A DNA stretch of 63,750 bases, filler included, from Olpidium bornovanus S191 (Eukaryota > Fungi > Olpidiomycota): the NCBI GenBank assembly GCA_017911155.1. It is 26 parts of 26 records of this genome, joined end to end, with 100 filler letters (N's around TTAATTAATTAA, not from the genome) between each part and the next. Parts side by side here need not be neighbours in the genome. Positions count along the whole stretch, not along the records: positions 23,182 to 25,300 come from JAEFCI010003207.1; positions 25,401 to 27,722 come from JAEFCI010005733.1; positions 27,823 to 29,072 come from JAEFCI010007944.1; positions 29,173 to 31,629 come from JAEFCI010001528.1; positions 31,730 to 33,490 come from JAEFCI010008668.1; positions 33,591 to 34,793 come from JAEFCI010002338.1; positions 34,894 to 38,109 come from JAEFCI010002677.1; 19 more parts are not named here. The stretch is one strand, 5' to 3'. Shown here one piece after another: positions 24,134 through 36,071 of this stretch. Within the stretch, counting starts at the first letter, position 1; every line of letters starts with the position of its first letter. Position numbers and translations under genes: made by a program. The notes under the pieces are model-generated. The model was not told where the DNA came from. It ran no database searches and saw only the letters and a program-made list of their open reading frames with translations.

Positions 24134-25104
24134 ATTTTTGTTTTCTTTTTGTTTTATTATTTTATTGTTGTTTTTTTTTTCGTTCCGCCGGCGGAGTGGT
24201 TTCGTCCTTCACCCTCGCCGTCCAGTTTCCCTTCCCCCCCCCCACCCCCGACCCTTGAGCACAGCCTCCCGGTCCGAGATTCTAAGTTAATTTTTCTTCT
24301 TTAACCTGCTCTTTTGTTTTTCTTTATTTTTTTCCCCCCCATTTTCGCCCTTCTCCGCGCCGGTTTTTTTTTATTGTTATTCCCGGGCACTTTTCTTGGC
24401 CCCCCCTCCGTCCTCCCTGCCTCCTCCTCCTCCGCTCGCCCAAGCCCTAGAGGCATCGCCGGGGTAATCTTCGGGACGCCGCGAATTTCCTTTTTTTCTT
24501 TCCTCTTTTTTTCTTTTCTTTTTTTTTTTTTTTTTCCTCCTTCCTTCCCCTCCCCCCAGTTTTTGACCGCCCGTGCACGCGCCGGTTTTTTTCGTTCGCG
24601 GAGAGAGAGAGGGGCGGAAAAGAAGGCAGCGGACGGGGGGGGTCGGCCGTGAGTGGGGCCTTGGGGAATTACGGGGGCGCCCGGCGCGCGCGAGGGGAAG
24701 CAAGGGGGGTGGGAAAGGGGGGGGGGCGGCGGGACCGTCCCTCTCGCCGGTCCGCCGTCACGACGCGTTTTGCCGGTGGATCTGGCGGACCATTTGGTGG
24801 AAAGTTACCGGCGTTGTGTCTGAGGCACCGCCAAAAAAAGTTTTTTTATAAACTCTAAATTTGTCGAAAAACCGGATGGACTTCGTTCGATCCAGGCCAC
24901 ATTGGCCGCCACGAAGTATAAATCTCCGGAGACAAACTCCCGAAACGGGCCGAAATGGTCTGGCCGGAGCAACGCCGCTACCGGGTGCGGTCAGGGTTTG
25001 CCGTCCCGGCGCCGCCCTGAACAGACGTCGGGCCGAAAAATCATCCGCGCGACACGCGCCGGGGCGTTTTTTTGGCTGACGCCCTTTTGGCGCGGGCGTG
25101 TTTT

Positions 25105-25140
<36 letters not shown>

Positions 25141-25400
25141 CCCCTTTTTTGGGCACCACCAGGTTTCATTTCAAAAAATCTCGAAAAGTCGGAAACCCCC
25201 CCTTGTTTTGGCCCCCGGGTGAACAAAACACCCCCGTGTCGGCGCGCCGCTTCTTCTTCCTGCCCGCCGTCCCCTCCGCGCGCCGCCGGCGGTCCAAGCG
25301 NNNNNNNNNNNNNNNNNNNNNNNNNNNNNNNNNNNNNNNNNNNNTTAATTAATTAANNNNNNNNNNNNNNNNNNNNNNNNNNNNNNNNNNNNNNNNNNNN

Positions 25401-26789
25401 CATGGCACGACGATTTCGGTACCGCAGCGGACCAGACTGATGTCAGTGACTGAGATATTGGGTCAGACTGTGGACGTTCCGGCGAGCGAGTTAGGGGAAG
25501 GCAAGCGGTATTACGGCTCGCTGGTTTCTCTGCGTGGAATCATCGCTGAACGAAATTACCGGTGTAACGACTCGTACGGGGATAACAAGGCTGGCGCAGG
25601 CCGAGATTGCAGCAGGAGCGGATTGCTTTCCCGAAATTTGCGGGGCGACTCACGGGCCAGGAGGCCCGCCCTGTTTCGCGACCTCGGCGTCGGGACGGGA
25701 CGTCCTGGCTGGTCCATCCACCTACGGATCGCCGACGAAGGGAATCTCCACAATTGCGTCTCGCTGTACGTGGACCTTCTCGAGAAGTTCTCCTATCCGC
25801 TCGGACTGCTCCCGGGAGTTCACGTCGCGGTACATCACGTGGCGAAGAGGGCTTCGGCTGAGAGCGGGAGCTTGTACCTCCAATTCCTGCCGTGCAGCGT
25901 CGTCGGGCCGGCTCTGCCGGTCGAGGCGGACGAGCGCGGCGCGTGGAACGGCGCAAGCGAGTGGCAGGCCACGTCCGCGCCGTGGAAATTTCTGGCGAGT
26001 TTCTACGTTCCTCCTCCTGTCCGGGTCGTTGCGTGGGTTTCCGCGATGATCTCGAGAGTGGAGAAGGCCACCTTCCGGGTCGTCTGCGGTCAGTGCGGAA
26101 GTCCCCGGACGAGCGCCGGCGAAGTCGGGCTCTCAGAGAATCCGCAGCAGCTCTGTCTGTGCGACAAAAGCCGGCGGTCGACGACCCCGACTGTGGACGC
26201 CGAAGCGAAGGTCGTCGTAAACGACGGGACGGCCGAAGCGACGATCGTTCTCCGCGGCTGCGCGCGCGTGTTCGCCGTCCTCGGCACCAAGCCGTTTCAA
26301 GAAAAGGCCATCTCTGCGGCGGCCGCGAGCAGGGGCGTCGTAGAGTTCACTCGGTTTTCCGGGGCCGGCGATCAGCAGCGGCAGCCGGCGGTAAATTCCT
26401 ATCTGAACGAGGTCTGCGCGGACAAGCACCACCTTGCCTCCCGACGGCTGAGCCTCTTGGTACGCTGCAGGCCGTACTTCCAGCGGAATCTCGTCCCGTG
26501 GATGTTCGGCCCGCCGCCCCCGCCGGCAGCTTCCGAGGCTGCCTCAGGGCAGACCCAGGCGGCCAAGAGAAGACGGGAGGAATGGGCGTCCGCGTTCAGG
26601 CCGCGCGTGACGATCAGATGCGGCAACGTCAACGTCCCCGTCATGCGCCCGCCGAAGCCGACTCTGGACGTGGTTGAAGTACGGATCTCTTCAGGAGGAT
26701 GCTCTGCCGAAGCGGAGGGAACCGCTGATTTGGTGCGAGTGGAGGCGGCGGCTCAGGTTGAGGAGGTAGAAGCGCTACTACGAGGGTGA
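25401..26789 (+). CDS. CTC1: CTC1 (CST complex large subunit) C-terminal OB folds with Zn-binding insertion, 5' partial
   Basis: SLYVDLLEKFSYPLGLLPGVHVAVHHVAKRASAESGSLYLQF resembles CTC1 LDVYI...LGLLPGARVHF..LEKRVS...VY. VVCGQCG...CLC followed by VVVNDGTAEATIV resembles CTC1 WVCAYC...C...C / LLVEDGTAEAVV. The frame is open from the contig start. Confidence 0.82.
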   Translation, partial: HGTTISVPQRTRLMSVTEILGQTVDVPASELGEGKRYYGSLVSLRGIIAERNYRCNDSYGDNKAGAGRDCSRSGLLSRNLRGDSRARRPALFRDLGVGTGRPGWSIHLRIADEGNLHNCVSLYVDLLEKFSYPLGLLPGVHVAVHHVAKRASAESGSLYLQFLPCSVVGPALPVEADERGAWNGASEWQATSAPWKFLASFYVPPPVRVVAWVSAMISRVEKATFRVVCGQCGSPRTSAGEVGLSENPQQLCLCDKSRRSTTPTVDAEAKVVVNDGTAEATIVLRGCARVFAVLGTKPFQEKAISAAAASRGVVEFTRFSGAGDQQRQPAVNSYLNEVCADKHHLASRRLSLLVRCRPYFQRNLVPWMFGPPPPPAASEAASGQTQAAKRRREEWASAFRPRVTIRCGNVNVPVMRPPKPTLDVVEVRISSGGCSAEAEGTADLVRVEAAAQVEEVEALLRG

Positions 26790-27987
26790 ACCCGCCACCC
26801 GGGGTATCAGGGATTTGCAGGTATGTTATATGATATATATCTATGTATGTATTATCTTTTTGAGTCGCTTGGCGTGCGGCGAACCGCCGGTGGAGAAAGC
26901 TGACGACTACGGGGCAGATCCGTGCTGCAGTGTAACCCTGCACCGAGGTACCTTGCCGCAGGGATTTCCTGGACAGCTCAACGCGCGGTTCCTGGCCGTT
27001 TCGACATAAGACAGGTCGAGTCGCAAAAACGCGAGAGATCCCTTACGAGCCGCGGCTGCTTCGGCGACCAGTTTAAGGACAACATGTTGCAGTAATCTTA
27101 ACGCAATGTCCGGGATTTTCTAATTTGGTATGTTCCATGTAGAACTGTTCTTGGGCCGGCATATAGGAAGCTAAACGAAACGTGCCTGTGCGCAGCGGAG
27201 ACGTAGCATTTGTCCACGATAGTAAGCTTAACCAGTGTTGTGCCTCTTCGCGCCACCATGATGCGCAAGCAGCGTGTGGATGTCTCAAGTTCTCGCTGCG
27301 GCGACCCGTTGCTTCCGGCGCCGTTACCGACCCATTTCGTGCCGATGCGTAGTATTGACACTTTCAAACATTTTCGCCGCGTTTCGACGCTTTTCGATGC
27401 GTTTCAAGCTTTCTTGACAGACTTTGAAGAGTTTCGAATACACCGTTGTTGTCTTGGTTACAAAGCGCGCCAACACATTTTGACTCGCTAAAAAAATGTT
27501 TGTCGTATTTCAAAGCGTTTTCATTTGGACGCAAAAGTATTTACCTCATAGTACATATTGGTATTGATTTGAGATCGAGTATTTACCTCACTATCACATT
27601 CCATGAACATCTTTGCTATTGCAGTAGAAAGGTGTTTATGGGCTGTGACACCCGCATCAGCCGCGGGCTCCTCGCGAAACGGCATTGTAACAATCGACAC
27701 TCGTGATTCAAGGCATCTATTCNNNNNNNNNNNNNNNNNNNNNNNNNNNNNNNNNNNNNNNNNNNNTTAATTAATTAANNNNNNNNNNNNNNNNNNNNNN
27801 NNNNNNNNNNNNNNNNNNNNNNCATGCGTGTGTGTGTGCGCGTGACCGAGTGTTTGTGTGTGGGAGCCGAGTTGGCGCTCCCCACGAGGTGGAATTTTCG
27901 AAAACTTTGGCGGACGGGAAAAAAAAAAAAAGACAAAAGAAAACCGTGCGCCGAGATCTCTTGCTCCTTTCGTCCGTCAACTCCGTC

Positions 27988-29072
27988 ATGGCCGACCGCG
28001 CGCGTTTCGGATACCGTTCCACTCGGGGCGGAGTTTCGGGCCTGGGTTTCGAAGATGCGGTCATGGCGGGCCTCGCGCCCGACGGGGGCCTGTTGGTGCC
28101 CGAGGCCGTTCCCGCGCCGCCCGAGGGCTTCCTCCGCGACTGGCGCGACCTCTCCTACCAAGACCTCGCCCTGAACATCTTCTCGCTCTTCGTCCCCGAG
28201 GGGGAAATCTGCCGCGGCGACCTCCGCGAGCTCATCGCCCGCAGTTACGCGGCCTTCACGCACGACCCCCCGACGCCGCTGCAGACGGACGCTCTCGGCG
28301 AGGGCACGCATGTCCTCGAGCTTTTCCACGGGCCTACCCTGGCGTTCAAGGACGTGGCGCTGCAATTCCTCGGCACCCTGTTCGAGTACTTCCTCGAGCG
28401 CAGGAACGCCCGCCACGGGTCCGCCGGTCGAGGCGCCGAAGTCATGACCGTCGTGGGGGCTACCAGTGGTGACACCGGCAGGTGAACGTGACGTCGTTGT
28501 GTGGGGATGGAGGGGCATTGCTGCTGCCGATATCCGGAAAAACCGACTTCGTCGCTGACGTCTCCGTGCGGCGGGCCGGCAGCGCGGCTATTTACGGCCT
28601 TCGCGGCAAGCGCAACGTCTCCGTCTTCATTCTTCATCCCCGCGGCCGCGTGTCTCCGGTCCAGGAAGCTCAGATGACGACGCTGTTCGACAAAAACGTG
28701 CACAATCTCGCCATCGAGGGTACATTTGATGATTGTCAGGTACGGTGGCGCCTTTGTGGGTGAAATAACGCGTCTTCAAACGCTGGGTCGTGGTCGTATT
28801 TGACGTCCGGCGGCGCCGCTTAAGGGACAAACAGGATATTGTAAAAGCCATGTTCGCCGACGAAGCATTCCGGTCGAAGCACCGCCTCGGCGCCGTCAAC
28901 TCCATAAATTGGGCCCGTATACTCGCGCAGGTGGTGTATTATTTCCACGCGTATTTCTCTTTGGTCCGCCAGCTGCCCCCGTCGCGACTGGGACCGGACT
29001 TCCGGGTACGCTTCGTCGTCCCCACCGGAAACTTCGGTGACGTGCTGGCCGGCTACTACGCGAAGCGCATGG
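27988..29072 (+). CDS. THR4: Threonine synthase (fungal type), 3' partial, 3 exons visible
   Basis: YRSTRG...GLAPDGGLLVP, PLP-lysine motif LELFHGPTLAFKDVALQFLG, ATSGDTG|SAAI, VSPVQEAQMTT, GTFDDCQ|DIVK, AVNSINWARILAQ, VPTGNFGDVLAGYYAKRMG. Confidence 0.97.
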
Positions 29073-29487
29073 NNNNNNNNNNNNNNNNNNNNNNNNNNNN
29101 NNNNNNNNNNNNNNNNTTAATTAATTAANNNNNNNNNNNNNNNNNNNNNNNNNNNNNNNNNNNNNNNNNNNNAAAAAGATGGATCCGTTTCAAAGGACGC
29201 CAGATGCTAGGGTGACAACGCACGAGCCGCGAGCAAAACAGCGCCGCGAACAGGTGGCAAAGTGGCTTTTCAAGGAACCGGCGGGGGGGGCGGTGGTGGG
29301 GTGGGGGAGGGTGGGTGTGGACCGCCAATTAGCCAGAGTGGGCGGGGGGGAAAAGGGGGGAGGGGGGAAGGGAAGGGGGAGGGTGGGAGGTGGTTACCTA
29401 CGGTCGGGATACCGGGGCAGCATTCGTAAAGTCATCTAAACTGAATATATAACAAGAAGAATCCAAAAAGGGCGCGCGGCTCCCGCT

Positions 29488-31387
29488 TCACGTCCCGTGG
29501 AAGAGGGGCGCGTCGTCCGGCCCGCCGGCGCTCGCGACTTCGCCTCCGGCGCCGTCGAACAGCAGGCTCTCGAGCGACAAAACCGAGCGGAGACGCGGTA
29601 GCGATCCGGGCGGGACGCCGTTCGCGCCCTCGCCGCCGCCCAGGGCGGCGTAGCACCCGTCGCACCCCCTCGCCGGTCTCCACGACGACGAGAGCACCAT
29701 CCGGCGCCGCGTGCAGGCCGTGCAGAATACGCGGCCGCAGCTCCGGCAGTGGTGTTTTCTGGGCGTGCGGAGGACGAGAAACGTCAAAGGAGAAAGAAGA
29801 AGAAAAAGGCAGAATCGGGAGGTGAGGGAAAAGGGTTCGACGCGCCCACGCGCACCGAGTACCAACGGGGTGACGGGACGGGGAGGGGGAGGGGAGGAAA
29901 CCGCATCTCGTCCACCCACCGGTTGACCAGCGTAAACTTGCACCGACACTGGGAGCACTCGGAGACGAGCCTGTCGTCCGCCCAGCGAGCCCCGCGGAGC
30001 AGGTCCCTCATCTGAGTGGCCTGGTCCACGAGACGGCGGGCCGCGCGCAGCTCCTCCTCCGTGCACCTTTGGCGCTCCTCCTTGTCGCACAGGTCGCGCT
30101 CGAGACGCGACAGGTTCTCCTCGAGCCGAGCGCGGGCCTCCTCGGCGTCGGCGGCGCGCGACCGCACCTCCGCCACAAGGTCGTCAGAGGAGCGCAGGCT
30201 GGAGCGCAGCGAGGACCCCTCGTCGCGCGCCCGCGACAGCTCCGCGCGCGCGCCCTCGAGCTCCTCGGCGCTCCGCGCCCTGGTGGCGCGCAGCTGCTCG
30301 CGCAGCCGCTCGAGCTCTCGCTCCACGTACAGCTCGCGCGACTCGCGGTCCGCCTGCCGCTGTCGGAACACCGCGAGCTCGCCCGCCGACGCCTCCTCCC
30401 GCGCCCGCGCCCGCTCCTGCTCCTCCCGCAGCGCCGCCACCTCGCCCTGCCGCGCCGCCGCCGCCTCGCGCGCCGACGACAGGTCGGCCAGCAGGCCGCG
30501 GTTGAGCTTCCGCAGGCGGCACGCCTCCGCCGACAGCGACGCTGCGTGCTCCTGCAGGGACTCGAACTGGGCCAGGTCGTAACTGTCCTCCGTCTGCGTG
30601 CCCCGGTGAATCGCCTGTTCGCGCCGCCTCTGGTGAGCTTCTCTGTCAATGCGGAGCGCGGAATTCTGCTCGGCCAGCTTCCGGACGTGGCCCTCTAGAT
30701 TCGCGATCCGCGAACTCTTCGCCTCGGTTTCCCTTTTCAAAGCGGACAGCTGCCGGGCGCTTCCCTCTTCCAGCCGCGTAAGCTCCGTTATCGCCAGCCG
30801 CGACTTTTCAAATCTCTCCTAAAGAGTTCGCCCGCCGACCGCGGTAAATTTTATTCCGCCGGGCGGCATTCGACAGGAACGCCGAAAAGCGTGGCGCGGA
30901 ACAAACCTGCAGGGATTTCATTTCGTCTTCCAGATACCTCTTCTGGTTGAGCAGCACGACTATGGCGGCCGCGTGGTCTTGTCCCGAGGCAGCAGCCTCT
31001 TCGCCGCGACTTTTGCTGCGCCCGCCTTCGTCCGCTTGCTCGCGCGCGACGCCGTCGCCGGTCGCGCTCGACGCCCGGTCGGCTGCCTCAGGGAGATCGG
31101 CGTCCGGCGGCTTGATGGCATCAAGCGCATCTTGGACGAGCCGCTTATGTAACGTGACGAAGCGCTCGAAGGTCAACGGGAGAAAAGTCGCTGCAGGGTC
31201 GTCGGGTTGGGCGGTTGACGTCGCAACGCCGAGATCTGCCCGGTGCGGCGCGGTCAAAAGGGCGCTCGCGTCCCTTTCCAGGTCGCGCTCGCTGAGGAAG
31301 AGGTTGAAGTCCACGCTCTCCAGGCTCGCCAGGAGCCCGGCAATGATCGTCATCTGCTCCGACAGCGTCACCGCGTACGGCTCGTAG
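29488..31387 (-). CDS. RUFY-like RUN + coiled-coil + FYVE protein, 5' partial
   Basis: YEPYAVTLSEQMTIIAGLLASLESVDFNLFLSERDLE matches the end of the RUFY RUN domain; LLNQKRYLEDE resembles RUFY LDQKNYVEE; about 300 aa of coiled coil follows; FYVE is WADD..CSQC...R|KHHCRSCGRVFCTAC...RGCDGC. Confidence 0.85.
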
Positions 31388-31573
31388 TTCTCGCTTTTCG
31401 TTTTCGCCGATTACCCGGTCAGGAAGAGGACGTAAGGAGAACGCCTTTCGTTATTGGAAAGTTCGCCCGGAAAACGACAGTTCAGGTAGCGTCAGAAGTT
31501 CCGACTGGACTCGGTCTGGCCGCCCGCGACGGAATGGTCGAAACGGAAGCCTGCCGGCGCCCACCCTTCCCTC

Positions 31574-31616
<43 letters not shown>

Positions 31617-32069
31617 GGGAGGAAAGGGANNNNNNNNNNNNNNNNNNNNNNNNNNNNNNNNNNNNNNNNNNNNTTAATTAATTAANNNNNNNNNNNNNNN
31701 NNNNNNNNNNNNNNNNNNNNNNNNNNNNNATCATGTCGCGGAACCGGTGGCCTAACGCCTGGCACGAGAAAAGGCACGATACGCCCGGAGGGACATTGGC
31801 AAAGATTGGAATGTTTAGGTGCCAATTGCCCGTTGGTCCGCGTTATCCAACAAGGTTTCCAAAACCCGTTATCTTTCACAAACACCAAAATTCGTACGTT
31901 GAATGTTGATCAGCAAGCATAAAACAGCCGTCAGAAAAGTCGTTAGCGTCATTTGTCCAGTCGTGGCTTGTTGCCAAGTAGTATCAAGCACTGACTATAC
32001 GGGTCAACGCTCGACCCCCATCCGCTCGGTTGACTTTTATTGCAAACTCCTGAATCTGGCCAAGTTTCC

Positions 32070-32954
32070 TCAAGTGCCGCGAGCCATCATATCAACCAGG
32101 TCATTCATTGTTAGGGTCGTGAAAGGTGACAAAGAGACCACCAACTCCGAGTTTTCTGCGTCCCAATGCGCAGACCCTTTGTCCGGATCGACCGGTTCCG
32201 GGAGTTGCAGGTGGAGTTTGCTGTGTCAACGTTTTGAAAAATGCAAGCAGAGCGGACGCCAATTATAAAAAATTTAGGCCGGTGTTACAGCACGAGAAAA
32301 ATTCCTGGTGGGCGAAGGTCGCACGATGCTTACTGCAGCGGGGTGAACAGGATTAGGTCGGCCCTGCGCACGTCCAGTCGGATTTCCGGCATCCGCTTTA
32401 CCCCCGGTAAGCACACCCGAATAACAATCTCGTCGTGCATCGCCGATGCCGCCTCGTCCCTCTTAAATGGGCCGCATGTGTCCCCCGTGCCTCTGTAGTT
32501 CTTGTATTGGATCGTGTACCTTGGAAGTAATGCGCGATCATGCACAGTATATAAGAGCTCAGCGAAAGGAAGGGTTTTTCTGTGTCAAAGACCAGCAGGT
32601 ATACAGCCCGGAAAGAAAGGATACCCACTCGGGGATTGCTCGGGAATCGTTTACATTGATCGGGTTGGTCGCGACCTCGGCTTCCGCCTGCGTCCAGATG
32701 TTCCTCGATGAAGTGGGCGGGTGGTCCGCCTGCGGCGCAGCAGGTTTTGCTGTCAGCTGTGGCCGGCCGGGGACGAGGGCGTCAGAGACTGCGGACGACG
32801 CAAATCTCCGCCTTACGCCCCATGCGTCCCCTAAGCCCCGAACCTGGGCGGGCTTCCTGGTCCCGCGGACGGTCGGCGCGTTGTTGGGCTTGGGAGCGAG
32901 AAGGTCGGCGAGGGCAGCAAGCGACCCAGGCGGATACGAGTAGTCGTCGCCCAT
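32070..32954 (-). CDS. DNAAF6: Dynein axonemal assembly factor 6 (PIH1D3/Twister), 3 exons, complete
   Basis: LAALADLL N-terminus, NIWTQAE...DSRAIPE|YTIQYK...DEIVIRVCLPG...IRLDV...LFTPLH|KLHLQLPEPVDPDKGSAHWDAENSELVVSL (PIH1-CS domain). Introns start at 32628 and just after PL(H). Confidence 0.9.
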
Positions 32955-34036
32955 AGCTTCGCGGGCGGGTCGGTTGACGGCTGTTTGGGGGGAGCGGGGA
33001 CCCGATCGTGCGAGTCGCGTCACGGTGTCGCTGCTCAGACGGGGCGTGATATTTATTCGGGCGCTTCCGCAGGGCAAGCGTACGCGCCCGCGAGCGCGTC
33101 CCGGCCGCCAGCGCGCGCAATCAGAGCCCGGCCATATTTTCTCTCCGACAGACGGGAGCACCCGCCGGAGACGGATGCCCTGCGATTGCCCCGTTAATTC
33201 CTAAAGGAAAGTTAAGCATCAAACTATGCATCGCACTGCTGCAGCCTCCCGCGCATTCGCCGCCTTGGCGAAGCAAAGAACGCCGGCTCTCCTAATGAAA
33301 GTGATTGGGCGAACGGAACGTGGTGCGTGCTGTCTCTTGTAGTCCCAGGAGCATCACGTGACCCCGAGGGGCGGGAGGCGGGGGTGGTGGGCCCGCAAGC
33401 CGAACGAACCCCCCCCTCCCCGAAGCAAAAGCTCGCTGGCCGCGCGCTCACCCCAGGAAAGCCCCCCCAGCTACGAACGGTGACCGGAAANNNNNNNNNN
33501 NNNNNNNNNNNNNNNNNNNNNNNNNNNNNNNNNNTTAATTAATTAANNNNNNNNNNNNNNNNNNNNNNNNNNNNNNNNNNNNNNNNNNNNCCACACATCC
33601 CCACTGTCTTCCATACTAATGCATAAGGTGGAACTGGCCCGACCTGGTACAATGCCACTTTCCGCAAACCTTTCTTTTTTCCTTCTGGCGGCATAAGAAA
33701 TCGTCACCATGCATCGGGCAACACTCCACTCCCCTTTCCTTCCTTCCTTCCTTCTTCCAAGGCGTCAAAAATTCAGAGGTTCTGACGAGCAACCCGCTCA
33801 TTCCAACGGCCGAAAAAAAAAATGCATCGGGCAACGCGGCCACCCCCCCCCCTTCCCCACCCTCCTTTTCCCCGTTTCCTTTTTTTAGAACCCTTCCGGG
33901 AAGAAAACCCGCGTCTTGGTAGAACCCGGCAAAAGCCGGTCAGCAGTCACACAACCCACACTAGTTTATAGGGCGGAGCTGGGCAGAACGCCACCTTCCG
34001 TAACCCTGTCCCCTTCCTTCTGGTGGCCGCAAAAAC

Positions 34037-34091
<55 letters not shown>

Positions 34092-34379
34092 AAAAAAAAA
34101 AAAACACAAAAAAAGATCCCGGCCGTGCCCAAAGTTGGGAAAGAAGGAAGGAAGGAAGAAAAGGCTGCGGGAACCGGTCAGCGGCCACACACCCCCACTG
34201 TCCCCCCATACAACTTCTTAAGGTAGAGCAGAGCAGACTGGGCACAACGCCACCTTCCGCCACCTTCCTGTGCGACCTCCCTCGTTTTGTCCTTTTATTT
34301 CTCTTCCTTCCTTCCTGTATCCTTCCTTCCTTCTTTCCGGGTCCGTTCCGCAAAGATAACTCGGGGGAATTTCTACACA

Positions 34380-34680
34380 CAAATGTGTGTTGGATTTATG
34401 CTCTTGAAAGTTGAACAGATTTATGTATTAGATTCGGCATCAAATTTTGTGTCAGATGGGGATACGCGTCAGAACTGCATCTGATTTTGTATTGGATTTT
34501 GCCTCCGAATTTTCTTGGATCTGCTTTAAATTCTGCGCGAAACTTTCCGCCAGGATCGCGGTGGTTTATGCTTCAGATTCTGTATGCTAATTTTTGTCAA
34601 GGCTCAAAGCTGCTTCAGATTCTGCTTCTGAACCTGTGTCAGTTTTTGTTTTTGAACCTGGCTCAGATTCTGCATGGAAA
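34380..34680 (-). pseudogene. Decayed AT-rich tetrapeptide-repeat ORF (ESEA/KSDT/KSNT-like 12-bp periodicity)
   Basis: Recurrent (G/A)AATCTGAxGC(A) motif; translation ESEPGSKTKTDTGSEAESEAA..*HTESEA*...KSNTKSDA is broken by stops and a frameshift. Confidence 0.4.
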
Positions 34681-35826
34681 TAAACGAGAGTAATATTCCG
34701 TAGGTTAATAGACCAGCCCTTGGCAACTGAGGCAGTAAGGGCGGCTTGTAAGGGCAACCCGCACCTTGCCATTGAATGTGACCAACGAATCGGNNNNNNN
34801 NNNNNNNNNNNNNNNNNNNNNNNNNNNNNNNNNNNNNTTAATTAATTAANNNNNNNNNNNNNNNNNNNNNNNNNNNNNNNNNNNNNNNNNNNNCATGGAA
34901 AGCTCGCGACAGCGGGCACGTGGAAGAATGAAGCAAAACAGGGCAGCGACTGTCCTCCAGGAAGCGCCGTTCTCCCATTCCTGCCATCCAACGGGCACCT
35001 TTTCCCCGGGCTTGCTGAGGCAGCGACCATCTCGGAGCGGGATTTTACTCGAGTCCTCTACGCAGCCATTTTGTTCGGCTGCACACGGAAATCCATTTTG
35101 TACCCAATGCGCGCACCCCTCCTCCCCCCACTTTTTGCGGCACGTGAGCTCAGCATTGAAGCCGGCGAGGTCGGCGATTTCGAATGATGGATGTCGCCGG
35201 CGCGCACTTAACGATGGGTGGTGGTGTGATAACGGCGCAGCCAGACGCAATGGTTAAGGCGGGGTCGACCGGCGCGCGCTGACCTGCGTCGTCGGATCGA
35301 GACCCATTTCCCCCACCCCTCTGCTTGGGATCCGCCGCGAATCCGTCAATCTCGCTTTCCCGCTCAACCCGCAACGCAATTACCCCTCCTCACCCCCCAA
35401 CCTCCCCTCTCACTTCTTTCGCTCCGTCTCTCTCCCTCTCGCAAAGCAACAGTGAACTTCGGGAAGTGGCCGGCTCCCTCGGTGCACAAGTACCCTCCAC
35501 AGCAGTCGTGTGCGACAAGGCTAGCCCTGTGCCATCTTGGCGCTTGAAAGCGACGTAATGCTTTAATTCGGCGGCAGGGTCGTCGTGGTCTCGAAAGCTC
35601 GACGGCAGCGGCTGCAGTGGCAGAGGGGGGGGGCGGATGGAAAGATGTGCACGCTACACGGAGAAAGGACGGGGGAAGGGACGGCGGGCTGGGGGCGGCG
35701 GAGAAAGCCTAACGGAAATGAGATCTGTGAAGGTAGGGTGGGGTTGGGGGGGGGACGGAGGCAACGCTGGCACTGAACAATGCGAAGTGTCCCCCCGGCC
35801 CCACTTCCTGCCGCCATCCCGCCCCC

Positions 35827-35865
<39 letters not shown>

Positions 35866-36071
35866 ACCCACAAAAAAAAAAAAAAAAAAAAGAAGGCGGA
35901 GCATCAAGAACAGTCGGGCCTTCTCCTTTCCGGAACTTGCGACGCGATTTTAACAAAAAAAAACCGGGGAAAAAAAAATTGGCGCTGCACGGTCAGTCCC
36001 CGCTCCGCCCCCCATGATTCCTGGAGACAATTGGGATCGACAAGTTTGCGCCGAAAAAGGTTCCGCGGCCG

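Noticed and set aside
26907-27119. Possible minus-strand exon KIPDIALRLLQHVVLKLVAEAAAARKGSLAFLRLDLSYVETARNRALS convergent with CTC1
   Set aside because: It looks helical and follows a TAG acceptor, but no family is recognised and no consistent upstream exon was found.
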